From positions 266,871 to 330,870 of the forward strand of contig JAVZDC010000001.1 in assembly GCA_038874115.1 (NCBI GenBank): 64,000 bases of DNA, read 5' to 3'. The notes beneath the pieces were generated by a model. It was not told the DNA's origin. It saw only the letters and a program-made list of their open reading frames with translations, and did no database searches. Of this stretch, positions 57,993-64,000 are shown piece after piece. Every line of letters starts with the position of its first letter. Position 1 is the first letter of the stretch. The DNA comes from an archaeon. GTDB lineage: Archaea > B1Sed10-29 > JAVZDC01. The position numbers were made by a program, and so were the translations under genes.

Positions 57993-58585
57993 AAATTGGA
58001 GATTATGACCCATCCGAAGTAACCAAAACGATTGGGGAAGAACTTAAAAAAATTCCCGAGATGAAACCGCCTGCATGGGCGGCGTGGGTTAAAACAGGAT
58101 CAAATAAGGAAAGATTACCACAAAAAGATTGGTGGTACATCCGATGCGCGGGTATTTTAAGAAGACTCGCTACAGGTGTTGAAATTGGAGTAAATAGATT
58201 GAGTACAGTTTATGGATCTAGAAAAAAAAGAGGTTCTAGGCCTGAACACCATGGGGAATGTGGAAGAAATCATATAAGAAAAATGCTCCAGCAGTTAGAA
58301 AAATTAGGCTTTGTAGAAAAAAGTAAGAAAGGTCGAAAGATTACTGCAAAAGGAATGGAATGGGTCAAAAAAGTTTTAGAAAAACTTACTTCACAAAAAC
58401 CTGTAGAAATAAAAATAGAACTACCTTATTTGGAAAAAAAGGAGGGAAAAGAAGTTGCAAAACCAAAACAACCTAGAAGAAGAACTTCAAAGAAAAAAGA
58501 TTCTAAGCAAGATAATGTCTCCGAAAGCACGGGAAAGGCTAGCGAACATAAGGATAGCCAATCCAACACTAGCCAACAAAGTTGA
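57989..58585 (+). CDS. rps19e: 30S ribosomal protein S19e (with an atypical 48-aa C-terminal extension)
   Basis: PPAWAAWVKTG, WWYIR, YGSRKKRG.RPEH, LQQLE, GRKIT. Confidence 0.93.
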   Translation: MKIGDYDPSEVTKTIGEELKKIPEMKPPAWAAWVKTGSNKERLPQKDWWYIRCAGILRRLATGVEIGVNRLSTVYGSRKKRGSRPEHHGECGRNHIRKMLQQLEKLGFVEKSKKGRKITAKGMEWVKKVLEKLTSQKPVEIKIELPYLEKKEGKEVAKPKQPRRRTSKKKDSKQDNVSESTGKASEHKDSQSNTSQQS

Positions 58586-58703
58586 AGAATTAATAATTTG
58601 GTTATTCAGCCAAGGTCAAATAGAAAAAATTGATGAGGAAGATTTAATAAAAATTTTGGAAAAAATTAATGTTCGAAGAGAAATAAAAATAAGAAGGGTG
58701 TGA
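58455..58703 (+). CDS. PDCD5/MTH1615-like dsDNA-binding protein
   Basis: IMSPKARERLANIRIANP..VEE.II..GQ..I.EE.L..IL..IKIRR; TTG start after GGAGG; conserved position after S19e. Confidence 0.88.
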   Translation: MQNQNNLEEELQRKKILSKIMSPKARERLANIRIANPTLANKVEELIIWLFSQGQIEKIDEEDLIKILEKINVRREIKIRRV

Positions 58704-58706
58704 GAG

Positions 58707-58871
58707 ATGGGAAGTAGAAAATGTGAAAAATTGAAAAAAAAGGTAGTATCTGCTGCTAAATCAAATAAAAGAGCTCCGGTTTGGGTTGTTTTAAAAACAA
58801 AAGATACTTCGATACGATTTAGAAATAGGCGACATTGGAGATATAATAAACTAAAGATAAAGGAGGATTAA
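58707..58871 (+). CDS. rpl39e: 50S ribosomal protein L39e (not in the ORF track)
   Basis: Hand translation MGSRKCEKLKKKVVSAAKSNKRAPVWVVLKTKDTSIRFRNRRHWRYNKLKIKED*. Confidence 0.93.
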   Translation: MGSRKCEKLKKKVVSAAKSNKRAPVWVVLKTKDTSIRFRNRRHWRYNKLKIKED

Positions 58872-58872
58872 T

Positions 58873-59232
58873 ATGGCGGAGGATATTGAGAAAAAAAGTG
58901 TAGAAGTAAAAGAAACGCCTCCTAAAAACACGCAAGAAGCTTCTGAGAAAAAATCGGAAACTTTGGCAAAAAAAGTGGAAAAAACGATCGAAAAGATACT
59001 TATAATCCCGTTAAGAAAAGCATATTTATCTCCTGGGAATAGGAAATCAAGAAGTGCGATAAAAATCATTAGAGAATTTGCGAAAAAGCACACTAAAAGA
59101 CAAAATATAAAAATTTCTAGAAAAATAAATGAAATAATCTGGGGGCGGGGAGGGAGCAAACCTCCAACAAAAGTAAAAGTATTGGCAAAAATATATGAGG
59201 ATCGAACAGAATTAGAACCAGTGGTAAAATAA
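58873..59232 (+). CDS. rpl31e: 50S ribosomal protein L31e
   Basis: IPLR, AIKIIREFAKKH, INEIIWGRG..PP.KVKV. Confidence 0.94.
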   Translation: MAEDIEKKSVEVKETPPKNTQEASEKKSETLAKKVEKTIEKILIIPLRKAYLSPGNRKSRSAIKIIREFAKKHTKRQNIKISRKINEIIWGRGGSKPPTKVKVLAKIYEDRTELEPVVK

Positions 59233-59233
59233 T

Positions 59234-59857
59234 ATGATAAAGAAAGGGAACTTTCAAAAATCTCCTTATGTAGGGTTATTCTGTGTAATGAATGATAATT
59301 TTGCAATAGTGCCCAAAAACTCCAGTAATTCATTTTTAAAACTATTGGAAGGATTTGATGTAGAAATAATAAAAACAAATATTGCTGAATCTTCTTTAGT
59401 TGGCGTCTTTTGTTGTTTAAACAATGAGAAAATCATAGTTCCAAACATAGCGGAGAAAGAAGAATTAAAGAAATTAAAAGACAATTTTCGGGAAGTGATT
59501 ATTTTAGATACAAGTTTTACTGCTATTGGAAATTTAATGGTTATGAACGATCGCGGAGGAATCTGCAGTCCTTTGATTGAAAAAGAAATAGACGGGGTTT
59601 TAAAAATGAAAATAATGGACACAGACCTTTGCGGATCCTTAATATTCGCAAACAATTCCGGTTTTGTAGTCTCAAAAGACTGTACGGATGAAGAATTTAA
59701 AAAAATAGAAAAAATTTTGAAAGTACCTGGAGTAAAAACAACAATCAACGGGGGGGATAAATTCGTAAAATCCGGGATTTGCGGAAACTCAAAAGGTTTG
59801 CTTGTTGGAGATAATTCTTCTGGTTTTGAATTATTAAACTTAAGCGAGGTGTTCTAA
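59234..59857 (+). CDS. eif6: Translation initiation factor aIF-6
   Basis: SPYVG, SSLVG, AIGNL..ND.G, TINGG, NSKGLLVG..GFEL. Confidence 0.93.
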   Translation: MIKKGNFQKSPYVGLFCVMNDNFAIVPKNSSNSFLKLLEGFDVEIIKTNIAESSLVGVFCCLNNEKIIVPNIAEKEELKKLKDNFREVIILDTSFTAIGNLMVMNDRGGICSPLIEKEIDGVLKMKIMDTDLCGSLIFANNSGFVVSKDCTDEEFKKIEKILKVPGVKTTINGGDKFVKSGICGNSKGLLVGDNSSGFELLNLSEVF

Positions 59858-60258
59858 TGGAAGCAGATTATGAAAAAATTAGAAATTTGGAAATTCAAAT
59901 GAGATATCTTCAAGATCAGTTAAATTTCTTTCAAAAAAGTTTAGTTGAATTATCTGTAACTGAAAATGCATTAAACGCAATAATGAATATGAAAGAAGAT
60001 TCTGACGTATTTTTCCCGATAAGTTCTGGAGTTTTTGCTAAAGGAATTTTATTGAAAAGTAAAGAAGTACTTGTTGATTTAGGAGTTGGAGCTTACGTTG
60101 AAAAACCAGTGGAAGAAGCGTTGGAACTTACAAGAAAGAAAAAAGCTTGGGTGGAAAAACAAGCAGAGCAATTAGGAAATTTGTGGACAAAAGTTCAGCA
60201 AGATTATTTTGCGACTTTGCAAAAAATAAAAGAAAGTGAAAGCAAGACGGTGGAGTAG
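59857..60258 (+). CDS. pfdA: Prefoldin alpha subunit
   Basis: FPISSGVF..VLVDLGVGAYVEK..EA. Confidence 0.92.
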   Translation: MEADYEKIRNLEIQMRYLQDQLNFFQKSLVELSVTENALNAIMNMKEDSDVFFPISSGVFAKGILLKSKEVLVDLGVGAYVEKPVEEALELTRKKKAWVEKQAEQLGNLWTKVQQDYFATLQKIKESESKTVE

Positions 60259-61251
60259 TTGTTTGGGTTTCTAAAGGAAAAAATAAAAAGTTTTTTTAAA
60301 AAAGAAGAAGAAGTTGTAAACAACATAATAAAAACGGAAGAATTGGAAGAAGAAAAAAAGGATTTAAAACCAAAATTAACTGCTTCAACAAGAATAAAAA
60401 AAGCGATTTTAAGAAAAACGAAAATAACTGATAAAGACGTAGAGGGATTACTTGAAGAGTTCAAGATTTCTCTTTTGGAAGCAGATGTTGCATACGAAGT
60501 TGCTGAAAAAATTTGTGAGGATTTAAGAAAAAAACTTGTAGGTCTTGAAATTACTGCTAAAGATGATATAAAGGAAATTTCTGAAAAAGCGATTAAAGAT
60601 AGTTTATTTGAGATATTAAATGATTCGAAAGTAGATTTAAAAGAAATTGCTAAACAAAAAAAGCCGTTTACGGTGTTGTTTTTAGGACCAAACGGACATG
60701 GAAAAACGACGACTGTGGTTAAGGTTGCAAATTACTTTTTGAAAAATAATATGGTGCCAGTAATAGCAGCTGCAGATACATTTAGAGCTGCAAGTATTGA
60801 ACAGTTGGAGACATTGGCAAAAAAAATAGATGTAAAAACAATAAAGCATAAATACGGGGCTGATCCAGCAGCTGTTTGTTATGATGCTATATCTCATGCA
60901 AAGGCGAACGGTCTTTCTGTTGTTTTAATAGATACTGCGGGAAGAAGTGAATTAAATAGAAACCTTATGGAACAATTAAAAAAGATTCAAAAGGTTGCAA
61001 ACCCTGATTTTACTATCTATGTTGGAGAGAGCATCGCAGGAAATGCGATTTTAGAGGAAGTAAAAAAGTTTAGTGAGTTTATAAGAATAGACGGTGTTAT
61101 AATGACGAAGGCTGATTGTGATGTTAAAGGAGGAAGTATATTATCCGTAAAAAGTGCTATTGGAAAACCAATTTTATTTTTAGGGGTCGGTCAAAGTTTA
61201 GACGACTTAATCGAATTTGACCCGAATTGGTTTATAGAAAAAGTGCTTTAA
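60259..61251 (+). CDS. ftsY: SRP receptor FtsY
   Basis: LLEADVA, GPNGHGKTTT, DTFRAA, DTAGR, TKAD, GVGQ. Confidence 0.96.
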   Translation: MFGFLKEKIKSFFKKEEEVVNNIIKTEELEEEKKDLKPKLTASTRIKKAILRKTKITDKDVEGLLEEFKISLLEADVAYEVAEKICEDLRKKLVGLEITAKDDIKEISEKAIKDSLFEILNDSKVDLKEIAKQKKPFTVLFLGPNGHGKTTTVVKVANYFLKNNMVPVIAAADTFRAASIEQLETLAKKIDVKTIKHKYGADPAAVCYDAISHAKANGLSVVLIDTAGRSELNRNLMEQLKKIQKVANPDFTIYVGESIAGNAILEEVKKFSEFIRIDGVIMTKADCDVKGGSILSVKSAIGKPILFLGVGQSLDDLIEFDPNWFIEKVL

Positions 61252-61252
61252 A

Positions 61253-62548
61253 ATGCTTGCAAAACTTAGAGAGATAATTGCGAATATTTCAAAAAAAGCA
61301 ACTATTGATGAAAAGTTTACAAAGGAAATTATAAAAGAATTCCAGAAAATATTAATTCAAAGTGACGTTAATGTAAAACTTGCATTTGAAATTTCGAAAA
61401 AACTTGAAGCAAAGATTAACGAACCAATCCCGGCTGGTTTTTCAAGAAAAGAACATATAATAACTGCTCTTTATGACGAAATTTTAGAGATATTGAAAAG
61501 TGAAGAATATACCCCAAGACTTGAGAAACATAAGATTCTTTTGGTTGGGTTGTATGGGTCTGGAAAGACGAGCGCTACAGCAAAAATAGCAAAGTTTTAT
61601 TCAAAAAGAGGTTTTAAAACAGGAATTATAACAACTGATATCTACAGACCTGCGGCTTATGAACAAGCTGTGCAACTTGCTAATCAGATTAATGTAAAAG
61701 TTTTGGGGAGCGGAAAAGATCCTTTTGAAATTTTAAACAAAGGTTTGGAAGAAGGGAAAAATCTGGATATTTTGATAGTCGATTCTGCAGGAAGGGATTC
61801 TTTAAATGAAGAACTTTTGGAAGAATTAATGAAAATAAAAGAAATTTTAAAGCCTGAGGAAACTTTTCTTGTAATCTCTGCTGATATTGGTCAAACGGCA
61901 AGTAAGCAAGCTAAAGCATTTAGTAAGATAGGCCTTACGGGTGTAATCGTAACAAAAACAGATACTAGCGGTAAAGCTGGCGGGGCAATAAGTGCTTGTG
62001 CTGAAGCTAAAATACCTATATGTTTCTTGAGTACTGGGGAAAAACCGGATGATTTCGAAGTTTTTAATGCTAAGAAGTTTGTTGGAAGGTTGCTTGGTTT
62101 CCCAGATCTTGAAAGTTTATTGGCAAAAGTTAAAGAAGCGGCTGAAGAAAGTGAGTTTAATCCTGAAGATATTCTGTCTGGAGAATATAATTTAAAAACG
62201 TTTATGAAGCAAATAGAAGCCACGAGAAAAATGGGGCCTTTGAAAAAAGTTTTAGAAATGCTTGGGTTAAATATTGGTTCTGAGTTTGCCGATATTGGGG
62301 AAAAGAAACTAGAAACTTATAAAGTGATACTTCAAAGTATGACTAAAAAAGAATTGGAGAATCCTGAAATAATTGATTCGAGCAGGATAAAAAGAATAGC
62401 AAAAGGTAGTGGAAAGAGTGAGGCTGAAGTTAGAGAATTACTCAAACAGTTTAATGCTAGTAAGAAAATAATATCCCAGTTTAAGAAAGGAAAAATTAAA
62501 GGAATAAAATCTTTAATGAAAGGAATGCCATGGATGAAAATGAATTAA
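61253..62548 (+). CDS. srp54: Signal recognition particle protein SRP54
   Basis: SDVNV, GLYGSGKT, DIYRPAA, DSAGR, M-domain SMT..E..P..SRI.RIA.GSG. Confidence 0.96.
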   Translation: MLAKLREIIANISKKATIDEKFTKEIIKEFQKILIQSDVNVKLAFEISKKLEAKINEPIPAGFSRKEHIITALYDEILEILKSEEYTPRLEKHKILLVGLYGSGKTSATAKIAKFYSKRGFKTGIITTDIYRPAAYEQAVQLANQINVKVLGSGKDPFEILNKGLEEGKNLDILIVDSAGRDSLNEELLEELMKIKEILKPEETFLVISADIGQTASKQAKAFSKIGLTGVIVTKTDTSGKAGGAISACAEAKIPICFLSTGEKPDDFEVFNAKKFVGRLLGFPDLESLLAKVKEAAEESEFNPEDILSGEYNLKTFMKQIEATRKMGPLKKVLEMLGLNIGSEFADIGEKKLETYKVILQSMTKKELENPEIIDSSRIKRIAKGSGKSEAEVRELLKQFNASKKIISQFKKGKIKGIKSLMKGMPWMKMN

Positions 62549-63660
62549 AGAAATATAAACTTTGCAAATTTTGTTTTGAAAGGCAATTCGAATTTTCTAA
62601 AAAGAAACCGAAACATGAACAAAGCGGAATAGAATGTTGGTTATGTGAAAATATTTTTGATTATATAGATGATTTGGTTGATAGTATAAAAATAGATGTC
62701 GAATTCTCAACTTTTGAATGCGGGTCGAAAATTCCTGAAAGAATTTTGGAAAGAGAAGATGAGCTTTGGGAAAAAATCGGAGCTATTAATGCTGTGAGTA
62801 TAAAAAGTCAATTAAATCGTATTTTGAATGAAAAAGTTTCTAAAAAATTTGGGAAAAAAGTTGACCATTTAAATCCCGATATCGTATTTTTGTTCGATTT
62901 TGAAAATAAAAAAGTTGATTATGAAATAAAACCAATCTATATATACGGAAGATATAGAAAGCTTGTTAGAGGGATACCTCAAACAAAATGGAATTGTAGA
63001 GTATGTTGGGGAAAAGGTTGTGAAAGATGTGGTTTTTCTGGAAAATTATATGCGGAAAGTGTGCAAGAACTTATAGGTGAAAAAATATTAGAAGAAACTT
63101 TTGGAATTGACACAAAATTCCATGGAAAAGGAAGGGAAGATAGAGACGTACGCATGCTTGGCTCTGGAAGGCCTTTTATAATCGAGATAATAGCCCCGAA
63201 AAAAAGAAATTTGGACTTGGGTCTTTTAGAGAAAAAAATAAACGAGTTTGCAAAGGGAAAAGTAGAAGTTTCTGGCTTAAGATTCTCAAATAAGAAAGAG
63301 GTTGGGTTGATAAAAACAGAGGCTTCTGAAAAGGAATACGAAGCACTAGTTTTTTGTGAAGGAATAAATGAGGAAGATTGTAAAAAAATTGAGGAGTTTT
63401 TCCAAAATAAAGAGATTATACAAAAAACTCCTAGAAGAGTATTGCACAGGCGGGCTGACAAAGCTAGAAAAAGAAAGGTTTTGTTTGTTAAAACTTTGGA
63501 GTTAGGGAAAGATTTTGCGAAGATTATAATAAGAACAACTTCTGGTACGTATATAAAAGAGCTAGTATCTGGGGATGACGGCAGGACAAAACCTTCTTTC
63601 TCGCAAGTATTAGGTAGAGAATGTACAGTTAAAGAGTTAGACGTTATTGAAGTAGAATAG
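62530..63660 (+). CDS. pus10: tRNA pseudouridine(54/55) synthase Pus10
   Basis: GRYRKLVRGIPQT, FHG.GRED.DVRMLG.GRPF, QKTP.RVLHRRAD, GTYIKEL..GD.GRT. Confidence 0.96.
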   Translation: MDENELKKYKLCKFCFERQFEFSKKKPKHEQSGIECWLCENIFDYIDDLVDSIKIDVEFSTFECGSKIPERILEREDELWEKIGAINAVSIKSQLNRILNEKVSKKFGKKVDHLNPDIVFLFDFENKKVDYEIKPIYIYGRYRKLVRGIPQTKWNCRVCWGKGCERCGFSGKLYAESVQELIGEKILEETFGIDTKFHGKGREDRDVRMLGSGRPFIIEIIAPKKRNLDLGLLEKKINEFAKGKVEVSGLRFSNKKEVGLIKTEASEKEYEALVFCEGINEEDCKKIEEFFQNKEIIQKTPRRVLHRRADKARKRKVLFVKTLELGKDFAKIIIRTTSGTYIKELVSGDDGRTKPSFSQVLGRECTVKELDVIEVE

Positions 63661-63713
63661 AGGATTAAAGTAAAGTATAAAAAGAAAAAAGTTGTATTCA
63701 TACTGGGAGAAAA

Positions 63714-64000
63714 ATGGAGTTCATCGCTTGGTTTTTAATATTTCTCATAACTGGAATCGCTGCTTTACAAGATTTAAAAACAGGGTATGTTTCGGATAAT
63801 TTAATGCATACTGCTATTCTTTTAGCAATAATTCTTGTTCCTTTCTTATATCCTGATAATTTCCTAAATCAGTACGGGATTGCTTTTATCACTTTTATAT
63901 TCTTTTTCTCTATGTATCTTTTTGGCCAGATTGGTGGCGGGGATGTAAAAGTATTTAGCTTTCTTGCTTTACTTCTTCCTCAAACGGAATTTCCAAGGAT
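63714..64000 (+). CDS. Second prepilin peptidase (A24), partial (runs off the window end)
   Basis: Hand translation MEFIAWFLIFLITGIAALQDLKTG...GQIGGGDVKVF; GGAG upstream; both catalytic Asp motifs present. Confidence 0.85.
   Translation, partial: MEFIAWFLIFLITGIAALQDLKTGYVSDNLMHTAILLAIILVPFLYPDNFLNQYGIAFITFIFFFSMYLFGQIGGGDVKVFSFLALLLPQTEFPR

Noticed and set aside
62979..63701. 240-aa minus-strand ORF
   Set aside because: Antisense to the well-conserved pus10; Ser/Phe-rich composition typical of shadow ORFs, as with the many other antisense ORFs in the track.
1..64000. CRISPR arrays, transposases, integrases, inteins, tRNA introns
   Set aside because: No regularly spaced repeats or recognisable mobile-element proteins; RFC, TopA and CDC48 have normal lengths; all four tRNAs are intron-less.

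Overview
Very compact, AT-rich archaeal chromosome segment. Archaeal markers include GatDE, archaeal ThrRS, DnaG, pelota, aIF-6, S19e/L39e/L31e, RadB, Hjc and a class I CCA-adding enzyme. The dense packing and divergent proteins suggest a small-genome, DPANN-like lineage; that placement is inference, not demonstrated. Most genes are housekeeping (translation, tRNA modification, repair, SRP), and there are four tRNAs (Arg-GCG, Asp-GTC, Val-TAC, Gly-TCC). Accessory or notable parts: (1) a large secreted protein with two DUF2341-like repeats and a beta-helix, running off the left edge; (2) a complete type IV/Tad pilus operon (ATPase, two TadC-like proteins, prepilin peptidase, about 9 pilins), followed directly by a KaiC / V4R-MetOD1-like / AbrB-wHTH / USP-like putative signalling module; (3) a second, orphan pilin cluster and a second prepilin peptidase; (4) a tetraether lipid synthase (Tes) homologue and a class II HMG-CoA reductase; (5) an unannotated structured RNA at about 55316-55451, whose first hairpin resembles a K-loop H/ACA guide for the 23S rRNA A-loop; (6) a tRNA-Gly with C33 instead of U33; (7) an S19e gene that appears to have lost its stop codon. 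Several real small genes missing from the ORF track were recovered by hand (three small pilins, a zinc-finger protein, L39e). No CRISPR array, rRNA or mobile element was seen.
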